Shown here: positions 17,626-27,272 of the stretch, piece by piece
Numbering within the stretch: position 1 is the stretch's first letter
Layout of the letters: every line of letters starts with the position of its first letter
Assembly (NCBI GenBank): GCA_035652335.1
Contig: DASRDZ010000010.1
Span: 39,594 to 103,593 of the forward strand
DNA: 64,000 bases
Reading direction: 5' to 3'
DNA from: Candidatus Dormiibacterota bacterium
Lineage (GTDB): Bacteria; Chloroflexota; Dormibacteria; Aeolococcales; Aeolococcaceae
Position numbers and translations under genes: made by a program
Notes under the pieces: model-generated
What the model was told of the DNA's origin: nothing
What the model saw: only the letters and a program-made list of their open reading frames with translations
Database searches by the model: none

Positions 17626-18660
17626 ATGCTGCAGACCGTCGACCGCGTCCTCGACGTGGCCCGCGAGTTCGTCGAGAGGGGCTGGGATCGCGGCATCGCC
17701 GTGGCGGTGCTGCGAGACGGAGCCTGCGTCGTCGACGCCGTCACCGGCACCGACCTCGACGGGTGCCCGCTCGACACCGGCACGCGCTTCCTCTGGTTCT
17801 CGGCCAGCAAGCCGCTGACGGCGTTCTGCGTGGTGATGCTCGCCGACCGCGGGCTGCTCGGCTACGACGACCCGCTGGTGCGCTGGATCCCCGAGATCGG
17901 CGGGGGCGAGCGGGCGCGCATCACCGTCGACCATCTGCTCACCCACCGCGCCGGCATCCCCGACTTCTTCTGCACGGGGGTCACGGTCGAGGACTGGTAC
18001 GACTGGGATCGCGCGGTGCGGCTCACCGCCGCCCTCCCGCTGGAGTACGCACCGGGCAGCCAGACCGCTTACCACGCGCTGAGCTTCGGGCTGCTCGGCG
18101 AGCTGGTGCGGCGGGTCGACGGCCGGCCCTTCGCGCGGTTCTTCGCCGAGGAGGTGGCCCGGCCGCTCGGCCTCGACACGGTGACCTGGGGACTTCCGGA
18201 CAGGTCTGTCCCCTACACGCGCACCGGCGTCGAGGGCCAGGCGGAGGCCGCCAACGTGCACCGCTTCCAGACCGGCGCGGCGCTCGACGCCGTGGTGCCC
18301 GCCGGCAACGCCTGGGGGACGGCGCGCGACCTGGCGCGCTTCCATCAGATGCTCGGCGACGGCGGCGAGGGTCTCGTCTCGCCGCACTCAGCGGCCGAGA
18401 TGGTGCGTGCGCGCGTCGACGGCCACCAGGGCATGCTCGGCCGCGGGGTCGAGGTCGGACGCCGTCCCGGCGGCTGCACCGGCGACCTCGCCGGCCCGCG
18501 CGTCTTCGGGCACCCCGGCATCCGCTCGACGGTCGGCTGGCACGACCCCGACACGGGAGTGTCCTGCGCCATCCTCTGCAACGGAACGCCCGGCCCTGAG
18601 GAGGGCGAGCGCCGGCTGTCTGCCATCAGCGACGCGGTGATCACGGCGACGCGCGCGTGA
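17626..18660 (+). CDS. Serine hydrolase, class C beta-lactamase/esterase family (SxxK)
   Basis: Active-site motif FSASKPLTAF, with YHALSFGLLG downstream and a HPGIRSTVGWHDP region near the C-terminus. The stop overlaps the GTG of the next gene. Confidence 0.8.
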   Translation: MLQTVDRVLDVAREFVERGWDRGIAVAVLRDGACVVDAVTGTDLDGCPLDTGTRFLWFSASKPLTAFCVVMLADRGLLGYDDPLVRWIPEIGGGERARITVDHLLTHRAGIPDFFCTGVTVEDWYDWDRAVRLTAALPLEYAPGSQTAYHALSFGLLGELVRRVDGRPFARFFAEEVARPLGLDTVTWGLPDRSVPYTRTGVEGQAEAANVHRFQTGAALDAVVPAGNAWGTARDLARFHQMLGDGGEGLVSPHSAAEMVRARVDGHQGMLGRGVEVGRRPGGCTGDLAGPRVFGHPGIRSTVGWHDPDTGVSCAILCNGTPGPEEGERRLSAISDAVITATRA

Positions 18661-19472
18661 CCCGCAGCGGCGTGGTGCACCGGCCCGACGGTGCGCGCAT
18701 CCCCTGGGAGCTGCTCGGCGACGGCGGCGGTCCGCGCATGGTGTTCGGCCACAGCCTGATGGGCCGCGGCCTCGGCGCGGAGCCGATCTACCGCCCGCTC
18801 CTCGACGGCGGCTGGGCGATGCTCACCATGGACCAGCGCGGGCACGGTGAGGCCTCGCCGCCACCGGGCGGCGACTTCGCCGTGGAGACGCTGGCCGGCG
18901 ACATGCTGGCGGTGCTCGACGAGGTGGGGTGGGACACCGCCTGGCTGGGCGGCGGTTCGATGGGCGCCGCCGTCGCCACCGCCGCCGCCGCGCTGACGCC
19001 GCATCGCGTCGAGGGCCTGGCCCTGCTGGCGCCCGCCGTCGGCGGCGCACCCAATCCTGCGCTGCAGCCGTTCGCCGCGCTCGGCGACGTCTTCGGGCGT
19101 GACGGCCTCGACGCCGGCATCGCCGCGTACTCCGCCATGGCACGCGAGAACGGCGCGGACGAGGCCCTCCTCGCCCTGCGCGCCGAGCAGTTCCGCATGC
19201 AGCCTGCGGAGAGCTGGGTCGCCGCGCTGCGCGGCATCGCGCGCTGGAACCTGGCGGAGGCGCTCGACGCGGTGCAGGAGCTCGACGTCCCAACCGCCGT
19301 CGTCGCCTGGACCGGCGACGACGTGCACCCGTTGAGCGTCGCCGAGGACCTGGTGCGGCGCCTGCGCGACGCGCGACTGCACGTGCTGCAGGAGTGGAAC
19401 GGCGACCCCGCGCACCTCTTCCGCGTCATGCTCGACATGACGCAGGCCGTCAGCGCCGCCCGCCCACGCTGA
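18657..19472 (+). CDS. Alpha/beta hydrolase fold protein
   Basis: GTG start overlaps the upstream TGA (GTGA). Nucleophile elbow GGGSMGA plus an HGE motif; 271 aa. Confidence 0.75.
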   Translation: MTRSGVVHRPDGARIPWELLGDGGGPRMVFGHSLMGRGLGAEPIYRPLLDGGWAMLTMDQRGHGEASPPPGGDFAVETLAGDMLAVLDEVGWDTAWLGGGSMGAAVATAAAALTPHRVEGLALLAPAVGGAPNPALQPFAALGDVFGRDGLDAGIAAYSAMARENGADEALLALRAEQFRMQPAESWVAALRGIARWNLAEALDAVQELDVPTAVVAWTGDDVHPLSVAEDLVRRLRDARLHVLQEWNGDPAHLFRVMLDMTQAVSAARPR

Positions 19473-20364
19473 GCAGTCGCGACGGCGGGGTGCGCCGCTC
19501 GCTGACGATGTCGAAGCGCTGCACCACGCGCATCGGCCGCGGCGGCTCGATCCACTGCGCCGTCGACCAGCCACGAGTCAGCTCGTCCCAGTCGGGGATG
19601 AGCGGGAAGTAGTGCGGCCTGAGGCCGAAGTCGACGACGGCGTCGTCGCTGCGCTGGTAGCGGAAGTCGACGGAGAGACGCAGGCGATCGGTCGTGTTGG
19701 GCACCGAGCCGTGCACGGTGAGGCTGTGGAAGAGCAGCACGTCGCCGGCCCGGAAGTCGGTGGCCACCCATCGCGGGTCGTCATGGCGCACGCGCACGCC
19801 GACGCCGCCGGTGCCGACCATGCCGTGCACGCGGCGGAAGCCGTGCCGGTGCGAGCCGCGCAGGACGCGCAGGCCGCCCATCGCGGCCGGCACGTCGCCG
19901 AGCGGGATCCACATGGTCAGAACGTCGACCGTGCCCTGGATCAGGGGGAAGTCCTGGTGCGGGGGGGTGATGAAGCCGGGATCCTGGGGCAGGCCGGCGC
20001 GGAGGATCTTCAGCGGGTAGACGAGCAGCTCGCCGTCGCCGTGCGCGTCGAGCACCGCCGACGCCAGCGCGCGCAGGTGGGGGTGGAAGGCGAAGCGATG
20101 GAAGCTCTCCATCGCTTGCACGGCGGCGTACATGTCGGGGAAGGTCTCGCCGCCCTCGCGGCAGGCGCGCGGACCGGGATGCGCCTCGGCGGGATCGCCG
20201 CCCGCTGCGATCCACCCCTTGTCCTGCAGCGCTGTGGCGATCTGGGCGCGGATGTCCAGAACGTCGGCGCGGGGGAGGAGGCCGCGCAGCAGCAGGTGGC
20301 TGTCGCGGTCGAGCCGCCGGCGCAGCGCCTCGCCCTCGCCGAGCAGCGCCGTGGAGTCGACCAT
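19450..20364 (-). CDS. PhyH-family Fe(II)/2OG dioxygenase, paralog 3
   Basis: Start trimmed to the ATG at 20364 (MVDSTALLGEG...), 24 nt downstream of the GH51 stop. Metal triad context PPHQDFPLIQG ... LTVHGSVPN. Confidence 0.8.
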   Translation of the reverse strand: MVDSTALLGEGEALRRRLDRDSHLLLRGLLPRADVLDIRAQIATALQDKGWIAAGGDPAEAHPGPRACREGGETFPDMYAAVQAMESFHRFAFHPHLRALASAVLDAHGDGELLVYPLKILRAGLPQDPGFITPPHQDFPLIQGTVDVLTMWIPLGDVPAAMGGLRVLRGSHRHGFRRVHGMVGTGGVGVRVRHDDPRWVATDFRAGDVLLFHSLTVHGSVPNTTDRLRLSVDFRYQRSDDAVVDFGLRPHYFPLIPDWDELTRGWSTAQWIEPPRPMRVVQRFDIVSERRTPPSRLLSVGGRR

Positions 20365-20387
20365 GGCCGGCGCGGCGGCGGTGCTCC

Positions 20388-21911
20388 TCATGCGCCCGCG
20401 TCGACGATGAGCGCGCCCGCGGTGTGCGGCGGCAGCGTGAGCGTGGCCGTGCCCGTGCCGTCGACCTCGACCGCGACGTCGCGGAAGTGGACGGCGTCGG
20501 GATGGTCCTCGTCGTTGCGGGTGAAGGGGCCCGCTCCGGCGAGGTGGCGCAGGCGCCCGCGCCGTCCCGGCGGCAGGCCGTGCACCTCGACGCCGAGCGG
20601 CTCGTCGAAGAGGCGGTTGGCGAGGAACACCGTGGTGCCCGAGGCGTCGGCGGTGGCGGCGGCGTCGAGCGCGGCGGCGCGGCGCTCACCGGTCATCGGC
20701 GGGTCCTGCACCTGCACGTCGCGGAAGGGCGGCGCGGTGATCTGCTCCGCCTCGACCTGCACCGGCACGGTGCCGGCGCGCGCAGCACGGCGGTAGAGCA
20801 TCGCCACCAGGTAGGCGCTGGTCACGAAGCTGCGCTCACCCCGCGTCTGGATGGGCGCCATGCAGTTGACCAGGTGGCTGATGTGGGCCATCTGCACCCG
20901 CGAGGCGCGCTCGATCATGCGGTTGAAGCAGCCGGCGAAGAACACCGACCAGCTGAGCGGGTGGTTGGTGGTGATGAGGTCGCGCCACTGGTACCACAGG
21001 TTCCACTCGTCGAGCGAGATGGGGATGGCGCGCGAGCCGCCGGCGCTGTCGAACTCCGCCATGTTGCGGTCGAGCATGATGCCGAGCTCGTCGCTGCCGG
21101 TGGCCACCTGCAGGTAGTCCTCGACGTCGTCGCGCAGGTCGCGGCTCAGCACCGGCCCCGGGAAGTAGAAGTGCACCGACAGCGCGTCGATGTGCTCGCC
21201 GGCGATCTCCACCAGGCCGCGGTTCCACTCGGCGCTGCCGCCCTCGGGTCCGAGCCCACCGCAGCCCACGGCGACGATGCGGATGCCCGGGTCGACCGCG
21301 CGCATCGCGGTGGAGAACTCGACGAAGCGGCGCGCGTACTCGCCGACCGAGCAGTGGCCGATCTCCCAGTCGCCGTACGTCTCGTTGCCGACGGCCCACC
21401 ACGTCACCGGACGCGGTGCCTCGCCGCGGTTGCAGTACCGCACCCACTCCGCGGCCTCCTCGGGCGTGCCGCTGCCGAAGTTGGCCACGAGCATCGGCTC
21501 GACGTCGGTGTCCAGGCAGTAGCGGAGGAACTCGTCGGTGCCCACCTGGTTGGTCTCCACCGGGCCGAACTCGCGGGCCCACTCCGGCGGGAAGGCGTCG
21601 CCGAAGCTGAAGTCGGTCCAGAACTGGCGGTCGTGGGTCGGCCGCTTCGACTTGGGCCCGACGCCGTCGCGCCAGTGGTACCAGTCGGAGAAGCAGCCGC
21701 CCGGGTAGCGGAACATGGTGGGCTGCAGCGCGCGCACGGCGTTGAGGACGTCGCTGCGCGGGGCGTCGCGCTCGGTCGACCAGATGCCGCCGTACATGCC
21801 GCGGCCGAAATGCTCGGTGAGCGCGCCGAACACGAATGGGGAGAGCGGCACGGGTCCTGCACCGGCCGCGCCCACCCGGATCGCGGCGCGCGCCGAGGTG
21901 CTCGCTGGCAT
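20388..21911 (-). CDS. GH51-family alpha-L-arabinofuranosidase-like glycoside hydrolase
   Basis: 507 aa. WAVGNETYGDW provides the catalytic acid/base context (NE). MFRYPGGCFSDWYHW is typical of the GH51 TIM barrel. Confidence 0.85.
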   Translation of the reverse strand: MPASTSARAAIRVGAAGAGPVPLSPFVFGALTEHFGRGMYGGIWSTERDAPRSDVLNAVRALQPTMFRYPGGCFSDWYHWRDGVGPKSKRPTHDRQFWTDFSFGDAFPPEWAREFGPVETNQVGTDEFLRYCLDTDVEPMLVANFGSGTPEEAAEWVRYCNRGEAPRPVTWWAVGNETYGDWEIGHCSVGEYARRFVEFSTAMRAVDPGIRIVAVGCGGLGPEGGSAEWNRGLVEIAGEHIDALSVHFYFPGPVLSRDLRDDVEDYLQVATGSDELGIMLDRNMAEFDSAGGSRAIPISLDEWNLWYQWRDLITTNHPLSWSVFFAGCFNRMIERASRVQMAHISHLVNCMAPIQTRGERSFVTSAYLVAMLYRRAARAGTVPVQVEAEQITAPPFRDVQVQDPPMTGERRAAALDAAATADASGTTVFLANRLFDEPLGVEVHGLPPGRRGRLRHLAGAGPFTRNDEDHPDAVHFRDVAVEVDGTGTATLTLPPHTAGALIVDAGA

Positions 21912-21951
21912 TCGTTCGAGATCCTAATAAACGTGGTAGAGTGTGTCAACC
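21912..21951. promoter_or_regulatory. AT-rich divergent promoter region between GH51 (-) and the esterase (+)
   Basis: GATCCTAATAAACGTGGTAGAGTGTGTCAACC, with a TAGAGT -10-like hexamer. Confidence 0.35.
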
Positions 21952-22869
21952 ATGGCCGAGACGCCCCCCACCTGGATCGAGGCCCTGCGCTCGCTCGACC
22001 CCGACGCCGAGGCCGCGCCCGGCTTCCGCGCCGCCGACTTCCTCGCCCTGCACGACCACCTCGACGCGCCGCCCGGCGCGGTGCGCATGGACGCGGTGGA
22101 GTACGCCCGGGTCGACGGGCAGCCGCTGGTGCTGGACGTCTACGCGCGCGCCGGCGCGTCGGAGCGGCGCCCCGCGGTGCTCTTCGTCCACGGCGGGGGA
22201 TGGGCGGGCGGCTGCCGCACCTTCCACTCGCGGCACTGCGCAGCGCTGGCCGAGCTGGGCTACGTCGCCGCCACCGCGGACTACCGCCTGGTGCCGCAGG
22301 TGCGCTGGCCCGAGCCGCTGCTCGACGCCAAGCGGGCGCTGCGCTGGCTGCGCGCCAACGCCGCGCGCCTCGGCGCCGACCCCGACCGCATCGTCATCGC
22401 GGGCGGCTCGGCGGGTGGCCATCTGGCTGCGATGGTCGCATTGACCCCGGGGCGCTTCGAGCCCGCCGGCGCGCCGGACGTGCCGAGCACCGTCTCGGGC
22501 GCGGTGATCTGGTATCCGTGCGCCGACATGGAGTCGCTGCTGGCGCATCCCGACGGTGGTCCCATGGTGGAGGCGTTCCTCGGCTCGCGCGACGCCGAGA
22601 CCCTGCGCGAGGCGTCGCCGCTGTGGCAGGTCGCCGCCGGCGCGCCGCCGTTCCTCACCATGACCGGCTCCGCCGACCAGCTGACCACCGAAGCCGACAT
22701 CCGCCGCCTGCACGCGGCCTTCGACGCCTGCGGCGTGCGCAACCGGCTGCGCGTCTTCGACGGCGCCGACCACGCGTTCGACCTGGCCCCGGGCGGCTGG
22801 GAGCCCTGCTTCGCGGAGATGTGCGTCTTCCTCGACGAGGTGGTGGGCGCGGCCGTTCCCGCCGGGTAG
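21952..22869 (+). CDS. Alpha/beta-hydrolase fold-3 esterase/lipase (HGGG, GGSAGG)
   Basis: ATG at 21952. Oxyanion-hole motif VLFVHGGGW and nucleophile IVIAGGSAGGHLAA. Confidence 0.8.
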   Translation: MAETPPTWIEALRSLDPDAEAAPGFRAADFLALHDHLDAPPGAVRMDAVEYARVDGQPLVLDVYARAGASERRPAVLFVHGGGWAGGCRTFHSRHCAALAELGYVAATADYRLVPQVRWPEPLLDAKRALRWLRANAARLGADPDRIVIAGGSAGGHLAAMVALTPGRFEPAGAPDVPSTVSGAVIWYPCADMESLLAHPDGGPMVEAFLGSRDAETLREASPLWQVAAGAPPFLTMTGSADQLTTEADIRRLHAAFDACGVRNRLRVFDGADHAFDLAPGGWEPCFAEMCVFLDEVVGAAVPAG

Positions 22870-22881
22870 GCGCTTCCGCGC

Positions 22882-23889
22882 GTGGCCACGACGGAGGTGC
22901 TGCTCGACGAGGGCACGGTGCTCGCGCACCTGCGCTCGCGCGGTGTGCTTGGTGATGACGAGGCGGCGGTTGCGCAGGTGCTCGGTGGCGGCGTGTCCAA
23001 CACCGTCATCCTCGTCGAGGCCGGCCCGCGCCGCGTCGTCGTCAAGCAGGCGCTGCCGCGGCTGCGCGTCGCGCGGGAGTGGCTCGCCGACCCGTCGCGC
23101 ACGGTGACCGAGGGCCGTGCCCTGCGGGTGGCCGCGACGCTGCAGGAGGATGCGGTGCCCGCGGTGGTCGACCTCGACGAGGAGCGCAACGTGCTGGTGG
23201 TGGCCGCGGCGCCGGCCGGCACCGGCGACTGGAAGCAGCGGCTGCTGCACGGCGACGTGTCGGAGGACGACGTGCGCGTCGGCGAGTCCGTCGGAGCGCT
23301 GCTGGGGCGATTGCACGCGCGCACCGCGACCGACGCGTCGCTGCGCGCCGACTTCGACGCCTGGGCGGCCTTCGAGCAGCTGCGGGTGGCCCCCTACTTC
23401 CGGTCGATGGTGGCCGATACTCCGGAGCTGGGCGACATCGTGCTGCCCCACGTGGAGGCGATGGCGCGGCGGCGCGTCTGCCTCGTGCACGGTGACGTCT
23501 CGCCGAAGAACGTCCTCGCCGGCGAGGGCCTGCCCTGGCTGATCGACTTCGAGGTCGCCTGCTGGGGCGATCCCGCCTTCGACGTCGCCTTCCTGCTCAC
23601 CCACCTCGCCATGAAGGCGGTGCACCGCCCCGCGCAGGCGCCGGCGCTCGCGCGAGTCGCGAGGGCGTTCCTGGCGGCGTACCGCGCCGAGGCGGGCGCG
23701 CTGCTCGACGAGGCGCACGCCGCCGCGCTGCTCGGCTGCCTGCTCATGGCGCGCGTCGACGGCAGGTCGCCGGCGGAGTACCTCGACGGCGCGTCGCGCC
23801 AGGTGGTGCGCGGGCTCGGCCTGCGCGTGGCCACGGCTCCGCCGCGTACCCTCGACGCCGCAGTGCAGGAGGCCATGCAGTCCAGATGA
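22882..23889 (+). CDS. APH-fold small-molecule kinase (MtnK/aminoglycoside-phosphotransferase-like)
   Basis: GTG start. N-terminal LGGGVSNTVILVEAG and the catalytic region VHGDVSPKNVL...IDFEVACWGDP are APH-fold motifs. Its stop overlaps the ATG of the enolase gene (ATGA). Confidence 0.7.
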   Translation: MATTEVLLDEGTVLAHLRSRGVLGDDEAAVAQVLGGGVSNTVILVEAGPRRVVVKQALPRLRVAREWLADPSRTVTEGRALRVAATLQEDAVPAVVDLDEERNVLVVAAAPAGTGDWKQRLLHGDVSEDDVRVGESVGALLGRLHARTATDASLRADFDAWAAFEQLRVAPYFRSMVADTPELGDIVLPHVEAMARRRVCLVHGDVSPKNVLAGEGLPWLIDFEVACWGDPAFDVAFLLTHLAMKAVHRPAQAPALARVARAFLAAYRAEAGALLDEAHAAALLGCLLMARVDGRSPAEYLDGASRQVVRGLGLRVATAPPRTLDAAVQEAMQSR

Positions 23890-25199
23890 GCGACGCCGCC
23901 ACGCGCATCGCGCGCGTCGACGCCTGGGAGGCGCTCGACTCGCGCGGGCGTCCCACCGTCGCCTGCCGGCTGCTGCTGCAGGGCGGTGCCGAGGGGGAGG
24001 CGCTGGCGCCGAGCGGGGCGTCGACCGGCCGGCACGAGGCCGTCGAGCTGCGGGACGGCGGCGAGCGCTACGGCGGGCGCGGCGTGCGCACGGCGGTGGG
24101 CAATGTCCACGCCCTGATCGGCCCGGCGCTGGCGGGCATGGACGCGGCCGACCAGGCGTCGGTGGACGCGCGGATGCGAGAGCTCGACGGGACGCCGCAG
24201 CTCGCCCGTCTCGGCGCCAACGCGGTGCTCGCCGTGTCGCTGGCCTGCGCGCGCGCCGCCGCCGCCGCGACGGGCATCCCGCCGTGGCGCGCGCTCGCCG
24301 GGGACGGCGCCGGCGAGCCGCTGCTGCCCATGCCCATGGTCAACATCCTGAGCGGCGGCGCGCATGCCGGCCGCATGGTCGACGTCCAGGACTACCTCGT
24401 CATCCCGCTCGGCGCGGAGTCGTTCGCGCAGGCGATGGAGTGGGTGTGGCGCGTGCGCGAGGCGGCGGCCGCCGTTGTGGCCGATCGTGGCGGCAACCCG
24501 CATCTCGTCGCCGACGAGGGCGGCCTGGCCATGCAGCTGCACGACAACAGCGAGGGGCTCCGCCTGCTCTGCGAGGCGATCGAGCGCAGCGGGCTGCGGC
24601 CGTTGGACGACGTCGGCATCGCCCTCGACGTCGCCGCCACCCAGCTCTGGGCGGACGGCGCCTACACGCTCGCGGCCGAGCACCGCTCCCTCGACACGGC
24701 GGAGATGGTCGGCATGGTGGCCGGGTGGTCTCGCGAGTTCCCCCTGGTGTCGATCGAGGACCCGCTCGCCGAGGACGACTGGGAGGGCTGGCGGGCGGCC
24801 ACGGCGCTGCTCGGCGAGCGCCAGCTCATCGGCGACGACCTCTTCGCCACCAACGTGGCGCGCCTCCGCCGCGGGATCGGCGACCGCGCCGGCAATGCCG
24901 TTCTGGTCAAGGTCAACCAGAACGGCACGCTCAGCGGCACCGCCGAGGTGATGCGCCTCGCCCGCGACGCCGGCTACGCCACGGTGGTGTCGGCGCGCAG
25001 CGGTGAGACCGAGGACGCCTTCATCGCCGACCTCGCCGTCGCCTGGAGCGCCGGACAGATCAAGGTGGGCTCGCTGACACGTTCCGAGCGCACCGCCAAG
25101 TGGAACCGCCTGCTCGCCATCGAGGCGCAGGCCGGATCGAAGGCGACCTTCGCCGGGCGCGGCTGCCTCGCCGGCGGGGTCGCGGGAGGGATCACCTGA
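23886..25199 (+). CDS. Enolase (phosphopyruvate hydratase) family protein, probable paralog inside a catabolic operon
   Basis: SGASTGRHEAVELRDGG matches the canonical enolase metal/substrate motif; 437 aa. The stop shares a nucleotide with the ATG of the FAH gene (TGATG). Confidence 0.85.
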   Translation: MSDAATRIARVDAWEALDSRGRPTVACRLLLQGGAEGEALAPSGASTGRHEAVELRDGGERYGGRGVRTAVGNVHALIGPALAGMDAADQASVDARMRELDGTPQLARLGANAVLAVSLACARAAAAATGIPPWRALAGDGAGEPLLPMPMVNILSGGAHAGRMVDVQDYLVIPLGAESFAQAMEWVWRVREAAAAVVADRGGNPHLVADEGGLAMQLHDNSEGLRLLCEAIERSGLRPLDDVGIALDVAATQLWADGAYTLAAEHRSLDTAEMVGMVAGWSREFPLVSIEDPLAEDDWEGWRAATALLGERQLIGDDLFATNVARLRRGIGDRAGNAVLVKVNQNGTLSGTAEVMRLARDAGYATVVSARSGETEDAFIADLAVAWSAGQIKVGSLTRSERTAKWNRLLAIEAQAGSKATFAGRGCLAGGVAGGIT

Positions 25200-26125
25200 T
25201 GCGCCTCAGCACCATCCGCACCGACCGCGGGCCGCGCCTCGCCCTGCTCGACGGCGGCCTGGCCGTCGACCTCGCCGGCGCGCTCGACGCCACCGGGGAG
25301 CGCATCGCCGCGCTCGACGCGCCGGCCGGCGCCGGCGACCCGGCGAACGTCCTCGCACTGCTGCGCGCCTGGGACGACGCCCTTCCGGCACTGGAGCGCG
25401 CCGGTGCGCAGGTCGGTGCGCTGGTGCGCAGCGGCAGCCTGCAGCCGAGCGACGCGCAGCTCGGACCCTGCGTCCCGCGACCGGGGAAGATCGTCTGCGT
25501 CGGCCTCAACTACGCCGACCACGCGCGCGAGACCGGACAGCCGGTGCCGAAGAGCCCCGTCCTCTTCAGCAAGTGGGCCTCCTGCGTCGTCGGCCCCACC
25601 GACGACGTGGTCCGCCCGCTCGGCTGCACCGACCTCGACTATGAAGCGGAGCTGGGCGTCGTCATCGGCCGCACCGCGCGACACGTCCCCGTCGAGTCGG
25701 CGCTCGGCGTGGTGGCCGGCTACTGCTGCGCCAACGACGTCTCCGCCCGCGGCGCGCAGCTCGGCGACGGGCAGTGGGTGCGCGGCAAGTCCTTCGACAC
25801 CTTCTGTCCCCTGGGCCCGCTGGTCAGCGCCGGCGAGGTTCCCGACCCGCAGGCCCTCGGCATCGGCTGCCGCGTCGACGGCGAGGTGCGCCAGGACTCC
25901 AGCACCGCCCAGATGGTCTTCGGCGTCGCCGAGCTGATCGCCTTCTGCTCGCGCAGCTTCACCCTCGAACCGGGCGACGTCATCCTCACCGGCACCCCGC
26001 CCGGCGTCGCCCTCGGCCACGACCCCGCCCCCTGGCTCCAGCCCGGCCAGCTCTGCGAGGTCTGGATCGACGGCCTCGGTACGCTGGGCAACCGCATCGT
26101 CGACGAGTCCGCCGTCCGCGCCTGA
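25199..26125 (+). CDS. Fumarylacetoacetate hydrolase (FAH) family protein
   Basis: Start trimmed to the ATG at 25199 (MRLSTIRTDRG...), coupled to the enolase stop. The FAH core is recognisable (KIVCVGLNYADHARE ... DYEAELGVVIG ... GDVILTGTPPGV). Confidence 0.8.
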   Translation: MRLSTIRTDRGPRLALLDGGLAVDLAGALDATGERIAALDAPAGAGDPANVLALLRAWDDALPALERAGAQVGALVRSGSLQPSDAQLGPCVPRPGKIVCVGLNYADHARETGQPVPKSPVLFSKWASCVVGPTDDVVRPLGCTDLDYEAELGVVIGRTARHVPVESALGVVAGYCCANDVSARGAQLGDGQWVRGKSFDTFCPLGPLVSAGEVPDPQALGIGCRVDGEVRQDSSTAQMVFGVAELIAFCSRSFTLEPGDVILTGTPPGVALGHDPAPWLQPGQLCEVWIDGLGTLGNRIVDESAVRA

Positions 26126-26161
26126 TCCCGCGCCGCGGCAGAGCGCGAGCGCGTCCTCCTT

Positions 26162-27211
26162 CTACGGCTCGACGATGATCTTGAGGTGCCGCATGGGCTC
26201 GTCGATGAGCGGGGTGAACCCGTCCTCGACGACGCGGCGCAGCGGGATGCGGTCGGTGATCAGCGGGTCGAGCTGGACGGCGCCCGCGTCGATCATGCGC
26301 ACCGCCTCGACGAAGTCCTCGGCGAAGGTGTGCGACAGCGACGCCACCACCTCGCGCTCGCCCATCAGCATGTCGAGCATCGAGAGCGGGACGACGTCGT
26401 CGTAGACGCCGAGCAGGACGCTGCGCCCGCCGCGGCGCGCCAGCGAGATCGCCGCCATGGCGGCGCGGCTGTTGCCCGCGGCCTCGACGGTCACGTCGAG
26501 CCCGACGCCGCCGGTCAGGTCCAGCGCAGCCTGCGACGCCTCCTCGGGAGTCACCGCCGCCGCGGCGCCGAGCTGCGACGCCAGCGCGCGCCGCGACTCC
26601 ACGCGATCGACCACCACCACCTGTGACGCGCCTCGTCGCAGCGCGACCTGCAGCAGCAACAGCCCAACGGTGCCGCCGCCGACGATGCCGACCGTCGACC
26701 CGGCGAGGACGCCGCCGCGACGCGCTGCGCGCACCGCGACGGAGAGCGGCTCCGCCAGCGCGCCGTGCGCCGCGGGAACGGAGTCGGAGAGCGGCGCGCA
26801 CATCGAGGCCGGCGCCAGCATCAGCTCGGCGAGCGCGCCGTCGCCCATCAGCCCCAGGGAGGCGAGCTGGGTGCAGAGCTGCGTGTCGCCGCGACGGCAC
26901 CACCAGCACTCGCCGCAGTGCAGGTTGGTCTCGACAGCGACGCGGGTCCCGGGCCGGAGCGCGACGCCGTCGCCGACCGCCTCGACCGTCGCCGAGGGCT
27001 CGTGGCCCAGGGTGAGGGGGGCGGAGCGGTGGGAGAGGGGATGGGGAGCGGTGGGGACGAGGACGGGCCCGAGCTGGTACTCCTCGACGTCGGTGCCGCA
27101 GATGCCGCAGGCGTCGACGCGCAGCCGCACCCAGCCGGGCGGGGGAGCGCCGGGCTCGGCGATCTCCTCCACGCGGACGTCGCGCCGCGCGTGCCACCGT
27201 GCCGCCAGCAT
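26162..27211 (-). CDS. Zn-dependent alcohol dehydrogenase (MDR family)
   Basis: Catalytic zinc site GICGTDVEEY..GHEPS, structural zinc site CGECWWCRRGDTQLC, and a Rossmann motif GIVGGGTVG. Confidence 0.85.
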   Translation of the reverse strand: MLAARWHARRDVRVEEIAEPGAPPPGWVRLRVDACGICGTDVEEYQLGPVLVPTAPHPLSHRSAPLTLGHEPSATVEAVGDGVALRPGTRVAVETNLHCGECWWCRRGDTQLCTQLASLGLMGDGALAELMLAPASMCAPLSDSVPAAHGALAEPLSVAVRAARRGGVLAGSTVGIVGGGTVGLLLLQVALRRGASQVVVVDRVESRRALASQLGAAAAVTPEEASQAALDLTGGVGLDVTVEAAGNSRAAMAAISLARRGGRSVLLGVYDDVVPLSMLDMLMGEREVVASLSHTFAEDFVEAVRMIDAGAVQLDPLITDRIPLRRVVEDGFTPLIDEPMRHLKIIVEP

Positions 27212-27272
27212 CTCGTCCCTCCTTGAGTAAGTAAGGACAGTTTACCAAACCCGAAGGGCCCGCGCCAGTGTC

